Notes under the pieces: model-generated
Database searches by the model: none
What the model was told of the DNA's origin: nothing
The model's input: only the letters and a program-made list of their open reading frames with translations
From: an uncultured Bacteroidota bacterium
Lineage (GTDB): Bacteria; Bacteroidota; Bacteroidia; Flavobacteriales; Flavobacteriaceae
Reading direction: 5' to 3'
Assembly (NCBI GenBank): GCA_913060705.1
Contig: CAJXTX010000004.1
Location: 7,320 to 71,319 of the forward strand
Length of the DNA: 64,000 nucleotides
Shown: positions 19,401-28,920 of the stretch, in pieces
Position numbering within the stretch: position 1 is the first letter of the stretch
How the letters are laid out: each line of letters begins with the position of its first letter
Program-made: the position numbers and the translations under genes

Positions 19401-21011
19401 TCAAAGATTTTCGGAGACCATCAAATGAAGCTTTCCATGTGAAACTTCATTCCCAAAGGCCTCTAATAACATATCAAAGAGAGCGGGTCCGAGCTTAGCA
19501 TACAACAGGCTAAAGTTTTCAAATCGTTCATGCGGTATACCCATCGGATATAGAATGTCATAAAGTCGACTGAGACGTTTTACTTCATCTTGAAGTTTAC
19601 GCTTTTGAGCCTTGAGCAAACGTTTCTCAAGGTGATCCAAACCTTTAATTTGTTTGTGCTCTTGGGCCGAAACAGCACCTAAAAAACTTTTGTCGGTCAT
19701 TTTAGCGACCTCTTTTAGGGCTAAAAACTGCTCCTTCAACTGTTCACGCTGAGGAGTAAAGTCAATTGATATATCTGAAATTCTGCGAATCACACTATTT
19801 ACAAAAGCATCCTTTGACCGAATAAAGTCTTTGAATTCGGCTTGAAGAGCACCCATCTTACGGTGCTCCTTAGCGCTCATCCAGAATACCGAATTTCGAA
19901 GCACAAAAAGCGGAAAGGGGGTAGAAGTACTATCAAATACCGCCTTAAGCTGCATAGAATAAGAAAGCTCGCCACCTCCGCCTATATATGCCAAGTTGGG
20001 TAGAATGGTTTCTTGATACAGAGGCCTCAAAACTACATTTGGAGAGAAACGTTCTGGAGCGTCCTTGAGGATGGCCAAGAGTTCTTCTTCGGTAAACGTT
20101 TTACTCGAATCTGAGAGACCAAATCCTTCTTTAAGTCGCACAATCCTTTCCCTTGACCCTTCTTCAAGATAAAACAAGTTGATTTCTCTTGCGTTGACTT
20201 GTGAACCGTATCCCAAAGCGGCTAGATTTTCAGAGGTTTTATCGACTAAAGGTTGGGCAAAGGAAGCTTCAAGTTCGCGCCGCATGACCGGTTCAAATAA
20301 TTTCTTCAATGCCTTCTGATTGGGATCGATTACGACAAGCCCATACTGCTTGAAAAGCTCGTGAACCAGATGAAACATCGCAGAAGAGAGTTTAACTGAA
20401 TCTTGGTACGCTTCGCGAAATAGATCGATAATGGTTTTGGCCTCTGGAGTATTCGGAAGGAGTTCTTCAATCGCCTGAATAACCTCTTGTAAACCTTCTA
20501 CGCTAAAGGCACCAACGGCCCCTTTCTGTTCGGTATTCCATTTAAGTTTTACCTGCCCCAGGTGGATGTGATTGATCTCTTCGTAATCGTGATCCTCACT
20601 AGCCATCCAATACACCGGAACACAATGCATGTCAGGAAACTGTTTTGTAAGCAATTGGCTCAGCCTTATCGTATGCAACACTTTATAGATAAAGAACAAA
20701 GGGCCTGTAAAAATGTTCAATTGGTGACCAGTGCAAACCGTGAAAGTGTTCTCATGATCTAAGCGTTGAATGTTCGCATCAACTCTTTTATCGGATAGGC
20801 CATGCGCGCTATACTGCTCAACGAGTGCCTCTTTGAGCACTTTACGATGTCTAGCAGGGTAAGATTGAGATTTCAAGCGCCGCTGAGACTCAAAAGAGGA
20901 TAGGCTGGGTTGATCGGTGTAGAAGTCTGCTGGTAAATCACCCTTGATATAGGCCTGCATAAGAGAATTATGAAAGCCGGATTCAGAAAAAGAAAGGTGA
21001 TAAAAATGCAT
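19401..21011 (-). CDS. bshC: Bacillithiol biosynthesis cysteine-adding enzyme BshC
   Basis: It is 536 aa. The block TGHQLNIFTGPLFFIYKVLHTI...VPVYWMASEDHDYEEINH parallels the Bacillus BshC GGQQAGLLTGPLYTIHK...FWVAGEDHDLDEIN. Confidence 0.75.
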   Translation of the reverse strand: MHFYHLSFSESGFHNSLMQAYIKGDLPADFYTDQPSLSSFESQRRLKSQSYPARHRKVLKEALVEQYSAHGLSDKRVDANIQRLDHENTFTVCTGHQLNIFTGPLFFIYKVLHTIRLSQLLTKQFPDMHCVPVYWMASEDHDYEEINHIHLGQVKLKWNTEQKGAVGAFSVEGLQEVIQAIEELLPNTPEAKTIIDLFREAYQDSVKLSSAMFHLVHELFKQYGLVVIDPNQKALKKLFEPVMRRELEASFAQPLVDKTSENLAALGYGSQVNAREINLFYLEEGSRERIVRLKEGFGLSDSSKTFTEEELLAILKDAPERFSPNVVLRPLYQETILPNLAYIGGGGELSYSMQLKAVFDSTSTPFPLFVLRNSVFWMSAKEHRKMGALQAEFKDFIRSKDAFVNSVIRRISDISIDFTPQREQLKEQFLALKEVAKMTDKSFLGAVSAQEHKQIKGLDHLEKRLLKAQKRKLQDEVKRLSRLYDILYPMGIPHERFENFSLLYAKLGPALFDMLLEAFGNEVSHGKLHLMVSENL

Positions 21012-21081
21012 AGCTTCTCTATAGTAAAAGCGAAGATACGCAGTAAATTTCGTAGCTTTTGCACCCTTAAGAAATCAAGCT

Positions 21082-23508
21082 ATGAGATCTTCTATACTTC
21101 TGTTTTTAGTGGCCACAACCTTCAGTTGGTCGCAAGTACAATCTCCAAAAGAATTTTTGGGCTATTCTTTAGGTGACGCCTTTACGCGCCATCACGAAGT
21201 GGTACGCTATTTTCAGCATTTAGCCGACCAAAAACCCGACCAGGTGGTAATTCAAACCTACGGCACCACTAATGAAAGGAGAAGTCTTCAAGTGGCCTTT
21301 ATAGGAACACCAGAAACTATAGCAAAACTCGAATCCATTCAAGCAGATCACGTTCGATCGCTCACCGAAGGAACAGCTTCAGATATAGGAATTGTGTGGC
21401 TGAGTTACAATGTTCACGGAAATGAGAGTGTGAGCACTGAGGCCTCTATGCAAACTGCCTATGAATTGCTTACCTCAAAGTCAGAATGGTTGAGCAACAC
21501 CCTTGTAGTGATTGATCCCTGCATCAACCCAGATGGACGCGAGCGTTATGTCAATTGGTATTACCAGGCGAAAAACAAAGACAAACAACCCGACCCTAAT
21601 AGCAGTGAGCATTTTGAACCTTGGCATTCAGGCAGAACCAACCATTACGTTTTTGACTTAAACAGAGACTGGGTATGGACCACCCAAACAGAAAGTAAAG
21701 CGCGATTAGCCCTTTACAATCAGTGGTTCCCTCATATCCATGTAGATTTTCACGAACAGGGAGTTGACAGTCCTTATTACTTCGCTCCTGCGGCAGAGCC
21801 CATCCACGAAGCTGTAACAGCATTTCAAAAGGATTTTCAAACTGAACTCGGAAAAAATCACGCAAAGTATTTCGATAAAAACGCATGGCTTTTCTTTACA
21901 AAAGAACGGTTCGATTTGCTCTACCCGAGTTACGGGGATTCTTACCCGACGTTTAATGGTGCCATCGGGATGACTTATGAACAGGGCGGAGGCGGCCGAG
22001 CAGGTTTATCTATTTACAACAGTGATGGAGACACCGTGACCCTCAAAGATCGCATTGCACACCACGTGACCACGGGATTATCTACCGTTGAAATGGCACA
22101 CCTCAACACCCGACGTCTCGTCGAAAACGCAAAGATGTATTTCGATACAAGTACAAAAGCCCACCAAACCTATGTATTGTCTGGTAAAGAAGACAACATT
22201 CACCAACTCACAAAACTTCTTGACCGTCACAAAATCACCTATGAGAAGGCACAACCGGCTCTCGTGACAGGATATGATTACCGCAGTCAGCGTCAAAAAC
22301 GACTTCAAATCGGTTCAAATCACCTTCTAATTTCTACCCGACAGTTTAAGGGATCTCTGGTTCGCGTGCTTTTTGAACGCGAAGCCCAATTGAACGATTC
22401 GGTAACCTATGATATTACATCATGGTCGCTTCCGTATGCTTACGACCTAGAGGCCATAGAAGTTGACAAAGACCTCAAAGGATCGTCGTATAGAGTGACA
22501 AAGCCGGTACCCGTTTCTTTTAACGAAAACGCCTATGCTTATGTCATGAATTACGACAGCTTTGAAGATCAAAAGGCATTGAGCTTCTTGCTGTCGAAAG
22601 GAGCCCGTGTGCGCACTTCCTATGAAGCCTTTGAGATTGACGGCATGAAGTTTAATGCAGGTTCGTCGATCATGCTCGTTAAAGAAAATCCCAATCTTAA
22701 AGAGCTCATCGCCTTGTGCACTGACCAGTATTCAAGAACCTTTGAAGAGGTAAGCAGCGGGTTTGTAACAGCAGGGAAAGATTTTGGATCTTCATCCGTC
22801 CAACTCACTAAAGCTCCAAAAATTGCCTTATTAAAAGGTGATGGCATTTCATCGTACAACTTCGGAGAGTGGTGGTACTTTTTGGAGAATGACCTCAATC
22901 AAAACATCACCACAATCGATCATGACGTAATGAGAAGAGTAGACCTCAATGGTTACGATATTATCATTATGCCTAGTGGCCGCTATTCACAATGGAGCGA
23001 TTCTGAACTCAATCGTATAAAAACTTGGGTAAGAGAAGGAGGACGTTTAATCGCACAATCCGATGCTTTGTATACCGTAAGTAATTGGGAGGGAGTATCG
23101 CTTAAGGCAAAGCCATCTGCGCCAGGTGATAGTACCAATGTCCCCTATGCCCTTCAAGAGCGCAGCGCGATATCAGACAGAATTACAGGTGCCATTTTTG
23201 AAACGAAGGTAGACCGCACACACCCCATCGCCTTTGGATACAACTCGTCTTATTTCTCACTGAAACTCAGTGAAAACTACTTTGAAAAATTAAATCGAGG
23301 AACTGTATTCTCTATCGAAGAAAACGGAAAACCTGTGTCAGGCTTCGCCGGTGCGCGAACTGAAAAACCACTTGAAAATTCGCTGGTTTTAGGAGCAGAG
23401 CGTTACGGAAGAGGACAGGTCGTTTACTTTGTAGACAATCCTGTATTTAGAGGTTTTTGGTATGGAGCAAAACAGGCCGTTGCGAATGCCTTGTTCTTTG
23501 AGTTTTAA
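21082..23508 (+). CDS. Secreted M14 family zinc carboxypeptidase with long C-terminal extension (808 aa)
   Basis: It has a signal peptide and Zn ligands in HGNE and DFHEQG. Other conserved blocks are INPDGRERY and GRTNHYVFDLNRDW. Confidence 0.85.
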   Translation: MRSSILLFLVATTFSWSQVQSPKEFLGYSLGDAFTRHHEVVRYFQHLADQKPDQVVIQTYGTTNERRSLQVAFIGTPETIAKLESIQADHVRSLTEGTASDIGIVWLSYNVHGNESVSTEASMQTAYELLTSKSEWLSNTLVVIDPCINPDGRERYVNWYYQAKNKDKQPDPNSSEHFEPWHSGRTNHYVFDLNRDWVWTTQTESKARLALYNQWFPHIHVDFHEQGVDSPYYFAPAAEPIHEAVTAFQKDFQTELGKNHAKYFDKNAWLFFTKERFDLLYPSYGDSYPTFNGAIGMTYEQGGGGRAGLSIYNSDGDTVTLKDRIAHHVTTGLSTVEMAHLNTRRLVENAKMYFDTSTKAHQTYVLSGKEDNIHQLTKLLDRHKITYEKAQPALVTGYDYRSQRQKRLQIGSNHLLISTRQFKGSLVRVLFEREAQLNDSVTYDITSWSLPYAYDLEAIEVDKDLKGSSYRVTKPVPVSFNENAYAYVMNYDSFEDQKALSFLLSKGARVRTSYEAFEIDGMKFNAGSSIMLVKENPNLKELIALCTDQYSRTFEEVSSGFVTAGKDFGSSSVQLTKAPKIALLKGDGISSYNFGEWWYFLENDLNQNITTIDHDVMRRVDLNGYDIIIMPSGRYSQWSDSELNRIKTWVREGGRLIAQSDALYTVSNWEGVSLKAKPSAPGDSTNVPYALQERSAISDRITGAIFETKVDRTHPIAFGYNSSYFSLKLSENYFEKLNRGTVFSIEENGKPVSGFAGARTEKPLENSLVLGAERYGRGQVVYFVDNPVFRGFWYGAKQAVANALFFEF

Positions 23509-23945
23509 TCCTCGTTTTTGTTGGCAGTCTCTTCTTCTTTAGCAGCCTCTTCCTCGAACGAGAGAAGCTTTTTGCTCAGAAGGAGGTTGTACCAGCTCAA
23601 TACTTTTTTGATATCGCTTGCATAAACGCGATCCTCATCGTAATTCGGTAGCACTTCGAAAAAATAGGCTTCTAAATCAATTTTATCCGCCTTTGGAGAA
23701 GTCGAGGCTGGCTTTCCTCCTTCTTTAGCGTGAATCAGTTTGAATACCTCGAGCAAAGGCAATTCTTTCTCTAGGGTATATACTGCAATCTCGCTCAGCA
23801 TACTGACTTTAGCGCGTAGAGGAACCGTTACACGCTTTTGGTCCTGAAGAGATTCGGCGACGAACCCACCTTTTGTTTGTGCTAATAGTTTAAATAAGCC
23901 AGGATATCCTGCTATAGAAATAATCGTTTCGAGTTCTTTACTCAT
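23505..23945 (-). CDS. DUF5606-like hypothetical protein
   Basis: It is the conserved Bacteroidota partner downstream of def. The N-terminus is ISIAGYPGLFKLLAQTKGGFVAESL. There is a 4-nt overlap with def. Confidence 0.6.
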   Translation of the reverse strand: MSKELETIISIAGYPGLFKLLAQTKGGFVAESLQDQKRVTVPLRAKVSMLSEIAVYTLEKELPLLEVFKLIHAKEGGKPASTSPKADKIDLEAYFFEVLPNYDEDRVYASDIKKVLSWYNLLLSKKLLSFEEEAAKEEETANKNED

Positions 23946-24532
23946 CGTTTCTTGCTTTTGGTATAAAATTTCATGCGGTAGTCTGACTCTACCATTCCTC
24001 TACTAATTTTATCGAGTTTTCCTTTGATCAATCGCTTCTTTAGAGGCGAAAGTTTGTCAGTGAATAAAATGCCATCAATGTGATCGTACTCGTGCTGAAT
24101 GATACGCGCTGCTAATCCTGAGAATTCTTCTACATGCTCTTTAAAATTCTCATCTAAATAACGCAAACGTATTACCGATGGCCGGGTAACGTCTTCACGA
24201 ATATCCGGAATACTTAAGCATCCTTCTGTAAAGGAAAAATCATCTCCTTCTTCAGTGATCATCTCGGCATTGATAAACACCTTTTTAAAAGTCTTCAAAA
24301 CAAGTTGGTCACTTGGAGTTGCGTCTTCATCATCCGCAAACGGACTACCGTCGATTACAAAAAGTCGAATGGACTTTCCTATTTGCGGAGCGGCCAAACC
24401 CACACCATGAGCATTATACATGGTCTCCCACATGGACTCTATTAATTCTTCTAAGCCCTCATAATTTTCCGAAATTGGAAGTGCTTTTCGTTTTAAAACG
24501 GGATCTCCGTATGCGACAATAGGAAGTATCAT
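23942..24532 (-). CDS. def: Peptide deformylase
   Basis: The three PDF motifs are present: GVGLAAPQ, EGCLS and QHEYDH. Confidence 0.95.
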   Translation of the reverse strand: MILPIVAYGDPVLKRKALPISENYEGLEELIESMWETMYNAHGVGLAAPQIGKSIRLFVIDGSPFADDEDATPSDQLVLKTFKKVFINAEMITEEGDDFSFTEGCLSIPDIREDVTRPSVIRLRYLDENFKEHVEEFSGLAARIIQHEYDHIDGILFTDKLSPLKKRLIKGKLDKISRGMVESDYRMKFYTKSKKR

Positions 24533-24939
24533 AGGCGGCTATCAAAATAAGATTGAAGAATTAAGGTGGCACTCACCTCATCAATTACTGAACGGTTTTG
24601 ACGGACCGATTTACGAGCATTCATTTCTACTAAAGCCTTAGATGCCATTTTAGAGGTAAAACGCTCATCTTGCCATGTAACCGAAAGGTTCAGTTTTTGA
24701 TTTATCTCTTGAATTTTCTTTTCTATAAACCCCATCGATTCAGAAGGTTCACCGTTCATTTGAAGTGGTTTACCCACCACAAGGATCGCAATTGGCTCTT
24801 CGCTATGAAGTTGTGTCAAGGTCGAAAGTAGTTGTTTGGTTTCAACAGCAGTATAGCCCGAGGCGATTCCCAGGGCGGTGTAGCCCGAAGAAATTCCCGT
24901 GCGCTTTGTCCCAACATCAAGTCCAACAACTCGTTCCAA
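24529..24939 (-). CDS. ruvX: Holliday junction resolvase-like / pre-16S rRNA nuclease RuvX (YqgF)
   Basis: It has the GLDVGTKRTG motif and the YqgF length. The start is TTG. There is a 4-nt overlap with def. Confidence 0.85.
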   Translation of the reverse strand: MERVVGLDVGTKRTGISSGYTALGIASGYTAVETKQLLSTLTQLHSEEPIAILVVGKPLQMNGEPSESMGFIEKKIQEINQKLNLSVTWQDERFTSKMASKALVEMNARKSVRQNRSVIDEVSATLILQSYFDSRL

Positions 24940-24999
24940 GAGGCATTATTTTGCCACAAAAATAGGTCAATTTGAACTGTCACAAACTCAGGGTCAATG

Positions 25000-25007
25000 T
25001 ATCTTTG
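25000..25007 (+). promoter_or_regulatory. Candidate Bacteroidota -7 promoter box TATCTTTG upstream of dapD
   Basis: It is an exact match to TAnnTTTG, 16 nt upstream of the dapD ATG. Confidence 0.4.
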
Positions 25008-25023
25008 CAAAAAATAGAACACC

Positions 25024-25842
25024 ATGCAAGAGCTAAGAAAAAGAATAGAAGATGCCTGGGAAAACCGGGAACTCTTAAATGAAAAGGACTATCAAGATTC
25101 TATCCGTGAGGTTATTGACCTTTTAGATGGTGGCTCATTGCGTTGTGCAGCTCCTGATGAAAGTGGAGAATGGATTGCAAACGAATGGGTGAAAAAAGCA
25201 GTAGTCCTTTATTTTCCGATCCAAAAAATGGAGACCCTTGAGGCGGGTATTTTTGAATACCACGATAAAATTCCTTTAAAGAGAAATTATGCTGAAAAAG
25301 GTGTTCGTGTAGTACCTAATGCCGTTGTTAGACATGGCGCTTACGTTTCAAGCGGAACGATATTGATGCCCAGCTATGTAAATATTGGGGCCTATGTCGA
25401 CGAAGGCACTATGGTCGATACTTGGGCCACGGTAGGAAGTTGCGCTCAGATAGGAAAAAATGTCCACCTTTCAGGAGGTGTAGGTATAGGAGGCGTCTTG
25501 GAGCCACTTCAGGCTACTCCAGTAATCATAGAAGACAACGCGTTTCTAGGTTCTAGAAGCATTGTCGTTGAGGGCGTTCGCGTAGGTAAAGAAGCGGTAC
25601 TTGGTGCTAATGTGGTACTTACAGCGTCCACTAAAATTATCGATGTGACTCAAGAAGAGCCCATTTATTATCAGGGTGAAGTTCCTGCTCGAAAAGTAGT
25701 TATACCGGGTACCTATACCAAAGAGTTCAAAGCCGGATCTTATGGAGTTTCGTGTGCGCTAATCATTGGAGAACGCAAGGAGAGCACCGATAAAAAAACT
25801 TCTTTAAACGACGCATTGAGAACCTATGGTGTTTCGGTCTAA
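25024..25842 (+). CDS. dapD: 2,3,4,5-tetrahydropyridine-2,6-dicarboxylate N-succinyltransferase
   Basis: It has left-handed beta-helix hexapeptide repeats (GAYVDEGTMVDTWATVGSCAQIGKNVHLSGGVGIGG) and the DapD N-terminal domain. Confidence 0.9.
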   Translation: MQELRKRIEDAWENRELLNEKDYQDSIREVIDLLDGGSLRCAAPDESGEWIANEWVKKAVVLYFPIQKMETLEAGIFEYHDKIPLKRNYAEKGVRVVPNAVVRHGAYVSSGTILMPSYVNIGAYVDEGTMVDTWATVGSCAQIGKNVHLSGGVGIGGVLEPLQATPVIIEDNAFLGSRSIVVEGVRVGKEAVLGANVVLTASTKIIDVTQEEPIYYQGEVPARKVVIPGTYTKEFKAGSYGVSCALIIGERKESTDKKTSLNDALRTYGVSV

Positions 25843-25885
25843 AACCGCATAAAACACTACCTTTACAGGACTCTTAGGACGAAAC

Positions 25886-27328
25886 ATGCCTTCAAATCGT
25901 ATCGAAAAGCTTCCCGAAGCACTAGAGCACCCCATATTTGCGAAAATTGGTCAGATTGCTGATGCATTACATCTCGAATGCTTTGTCATTGGCGGATATG
26001 TTAGAGATCACTTACTCGGACGTCCATTCAAATTTGATATAGATATTGTCACCCTTGGCAACGCCATTGAGCTGGCACAGGCCCTAAGTGAGTCTCTAGA
26101 GGGTCACCCAAAAGTGTCGATTTTTAAAAACTTTGGTACAGCGATGCTGAAGTACAAAGATCTTGAGCTGGAGTTTGTAGGTGCTCGAAAAGAAAGCTAC
26201 CAATCCGATTCAAGAAAACCCATCGTAACAGACGGCACACTTGAAGACGATCAAAATCGAAGAGATTTTACCATTAACGCAATGGCCATATGCTTAAATG
26301 CGGATCGTTTCGGTGAATTCTTAGATCCCTTTAACGGGATTGAACATCTTGAAGAAAAACGAATCGTCACCCCATTAGAACCTGAGATTACCTTTAGCGA
26401 CGATCCTTTGAGAATGCTAAGAGCCATTCGTTTTGCGTCCCAATTGAATTTCGAAATCGATCCGGTCACCTTAAAGGCAATCGCGGCACAAAAAGAGCGC
26501 ATAGCTATTATTTCAAAGGAGCGAATCGTTACAGAACTGAACAAAATACTAGCCACAGAGAAACCTTCTGTAGGCTTTGGTCTACTAGAAAATTCAGGCC
26601 TCCTACCTCTTATTTTACCTGAGCTAAGCGCTTTAAAAGGCATCGATGAGATTGAGGGTATGACCCATAAGGACAACTTTTGGCATACCCTAGAAGTAGT
26701 GGACAACCTGGCATCAGTGAGCGACAACCTCTGGTTGAGATGGGCTGCCCTTTTGCACGATATAGGCAAGGCACCAACTAAACGTTTTGATGCAAAGAAT
26801 GGCTTTAGTTTTCACGGACACGAATTCGTCGGTTCTAAGATGGTCTACAAGCTCTTCAAGCGCTTAAAAATGCCACTGAACGACTCAATGAAGTTTGTTC
26901 AAAAAATGGTGCTCATGAGCTCTAGACCCATCATTATTTCTGAGCAGTTTGTTACAGATTCTGCGGTAAGAAGACTTGTTTTTGACGCCGGAGATCACAT
27001 AGAAAACCTCATGATGCTTTGCGAAGCAGACATAACCACAAAGAATCCACGAAAACAAAGGCGTTATAAAGACAACTTTCAGAGGGTACGTGCAAAAATT
27101 CAGGAGGTAGAAGAACGTGATCGTATCCGCAACTTTCAACCTCCAGTTGACGGATCAGAAATAATGGAAGTCTTTAACCTTCAGCCCGGAAAAGAGATTG
27201 GCATTCTCAAAGAAGCCATCAAAGAGGCTATTCTTGAGGGTGAAATTCCAAACGATTATGAAGAAGCAAAAGCCTTTATGTTCAAGAAAGCCAAAAGCAT
27301 GGGCCTAAAGCCGAAACAAGATGTCTAG
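25886..27328 (+). CDS. CCA-adding enzyme / poly(A) polymerase family nucleotidyltransferase with HD domain
   Basis: Motifs are GGYVRD...DIDIV for the nucleotidyltransferase head, RRDFTINAM, and the HD region LLHDIGK. Confidence 0.85.
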   Translation: MPSNRIEKLPEALEHPIFAKIGQIADALHLECFVIGGYVRDHLLGRPFKFDIDIVTLGNAIELAQALSESLEGHPKVSIFKNFGTAMLKYKDLELEFVGARKESYQSDSRKPIVTDGTLEDDQNRRDFTINAMAICLNADRFGEFLDPFNGIEHLEEKRIVTPLEPEITFSDDPLRMLRAIRFASQLNFEIDPVTLKAIAAQKERIAIISKERIVTELNKILATEKPSVGFGLLENSGLLPLILPELSALKGIDEIEGMTHKDNFWHTLEVVDNLASVSDNLWLRWAALLHDIGKAPTKRFDAKNGFSFHGHEFVGSKMVYKLFKRLKMPLNDSMKFVQKMVLMSSRPIIISEQFVTDSAVRRLVFDAGDHIENLMMLCEADITTKNPRKQRRYKDNFQRVRAKIQEVEERDRIRNFQPPVDGSEIMEVFNLQPGKEIGILKEAIKEAILEGEIPNDYEEAKAFMFKKAKSMGLKPKQDV

Positions 27329-28346
27329 AACCCGTTTTTTACTTCACGCTACCTTAACAGTAATCTATCTAGTCATTATTGCCGGAGCAGTGGTGCGTAT
27401 GACTGGTAGCGGAATGGGCTGCCCAGATTGGCCAAAATGTTTTGGGTATTATATACCTCCGACCGAAGCTGAAACCCTCGAATGGAAGCCAGAACGGGAC
27501 TACCAAAAAGGGCAAGTCATCATTAGAGAAGAAAAACTTGAAGTCGCTCAACGAGACTTTACCTCAACAAAAGTGTATAATCCGTCAAACTGGGAAGCGT
27601 ACACCAAGCACGACTATGCACTATTCAACCCTTGGCATACCTGGATCGAATACATCAATCGTTTATTAGGTGCCTTAGCGGGCTTATTCACACTAGCCCT
27701 ATTCCTCAGTACCCTGTTTGAACCTAAAAAGAATAGAAAGCACATTGTGATCGCGGGGCTAGTCTTGTTTGGAATACTCTTTCAGGCTTGGTTAGGTGCC
27801 ACTGTGGTGTACTCTGTACTTAATCCTTTAAAGATCACCCTCCATATGCTTATGGCTCTAGTGCTTGTTGCTTTACTCTTTTACCTTAAAGCCCAGATTG
27901 ATCAAGAACAGCCTGAGACCTCTGAACTAAAGCGTCATCGACTAATGCTGATTACTGCCCTTTCTCTAACACTCATTCAAGTTCTTTTCGGTACTCAAGT
28001 ACGGCAAAGTGTCGACCACTTCATAGACGATGGAAACCCCATAGCAACTTGGATTCAAAATGCTCCGGTTCTCTTCTATATTCATCGCTCGTTCTCAATT
28101 CTCGTTCTCCTAGTGAACGGAATACTTTTTTACCGCTTAAGAAAAACCTCAGCTTTCTATTTCACCTATTACCAAGTGGTTTTGGGTCTAATATTCATTG
28201 AAATCGCAACAGGTATCGCGATGTCGTATTTCGAGTTCCCGTTTTCCTCTCAACCTTTACATTTGGTAATCGCTTCGCTATTATTTGGGGTTCAAGCCTA
28301 TTTAGTGATGAAAACTAGTGGTAGATTAGCGCCCTTTAAATCCTAA
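27321..28346 (+). CDS. ctaA: Heme A synthase (COX15/CtaA family)
   Basis: It has the motif MTGSGMGCPDWPKCFG and eight hydrophobic segments. Confidence 0.85.
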   Translation: MSRTRFLLHATLTVIYLVIIAGAVVRMTGSGMGCPDWPKCFGYYIPPTEAETLEWKPERDYQKGQVIIREEKLEVAQRDFTSTKVYNPSNWEAYTKHDYALFNPWHTWIEYINRLLGALAGLFTLALFLSTLFEPKKNRKHIVIAGLVLFGILFQAWLGATVVYSVLNPLKITLHMLMALVLVALLFYLKAQIDQEQPETSELKRHRLMLITALSLTLIQVLFGTQVRQSVDHFIDDGNPIATWIQNAPVLFYIHRSFSILVLLVNGILFYRLRKTSAFYFTYYQVVLGLIFIEIATGIAMSYFEFPFSSQPLHLVIASLLFGVQAYLVMKTSGRLAPFKS

Positions 28347-28351
28347 TATTT

Positions 28352-28906
28352 ATGTTGTACAAAATTCGAGTCATCTTAGACGCAGAAGAGGATATTTTTC
28401 GCGATTTGGCGGTATCCGATCGCATCAGCTTAGAGGATTTTCATATTGCTATCGCACAATCTTTCGGATTTGATCTCAGTGAGATGGGCACCTTTTTTGC
28501 CGCAAATGAAGAATGGGTTCAAGGCGTGGAGTATCCGATTGTTGACATGGGTTTTGAAGACGATACGGTTATCATGCGTGACACCCCTTTAGGAACCTTA
28601 TTGAATCAAGAGAGTCCAAGGCTTATTTACGTTTACGACCTTTTAAACATGTGGAGCTTTTTTGTCGAGTTAGCAAAAATAGAAGATCGTGAGCCTAGCG
28701 AACCTACTGAGTTGCTTTTTAGTTTCGGCACACTTCCCGATCAGGCTCCTGAAAAAAGCTTCAAATCAGAGCGATCTTCAGCGATGGATACAGACGATGA
28801 TCCCTATTCTAGCGAAGAATGGAATGACGATGAATTTGGAAATGAATTCGGAGACGGCTATAGTGACGACTTCGGATCTTTAGACGACTACAGCGAAGAT
28901 TATTAA
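28352..28906 (+). CDS. pRiA4b ORF-3-like (MM3350-like) domain protein with strongly acidic/aromatic C-terminal tail
   Basis: The N-terminus YKIRVILDAEEDIFRDLAVSDRISLEDFHIAIAQSFGF fits the YxLKVxL...LxDLHxxIQ pattern of that family. The tail is DTDDDPYSSEEWNDDEFGNEFGDGYSDDFGSLDDYSEDY. Confidence 0.6.
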   Translation: MLYKIRVILDAEEDIFRDLAVSDRISLEDFHIAIAQSFGFDLSEMGTFFAANEEWVQGVEYPIVDMGFEDDTVIMRDTPLGTLLNQESPRLIYVYDLLNMWSFFVELAKIEDREPSEPTELLFSFGTLPDQAPEKSFKSERSSAMDTDDDPYSSEEWNDDEFGNEFGDGYSDDFGSLDDYSEDY

Positions 28907-28920
28907 TCTAACCTCCCTCT

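Noticed and set aside
24848-24901. Apparent 27-nt tandem duplication in ruvX giving SSGYTA / ASGYTA
   Set aside because: The two units match at only 19 of 27 positions. The protein segment has the same length as in canonical YqgF proteins between the KRTG motif and the following strand. This is internal similarity, not an insertion.
26251-26769. 172-aa ORF antisense to the CCA-adding enzyme gene
   Set aside because: It lies entirely inside a well-supported gene on the opposite strand. Its composition is serine/arginine-rich and low in complexity, as is typical of antisense frames. It has no recognisable motif.
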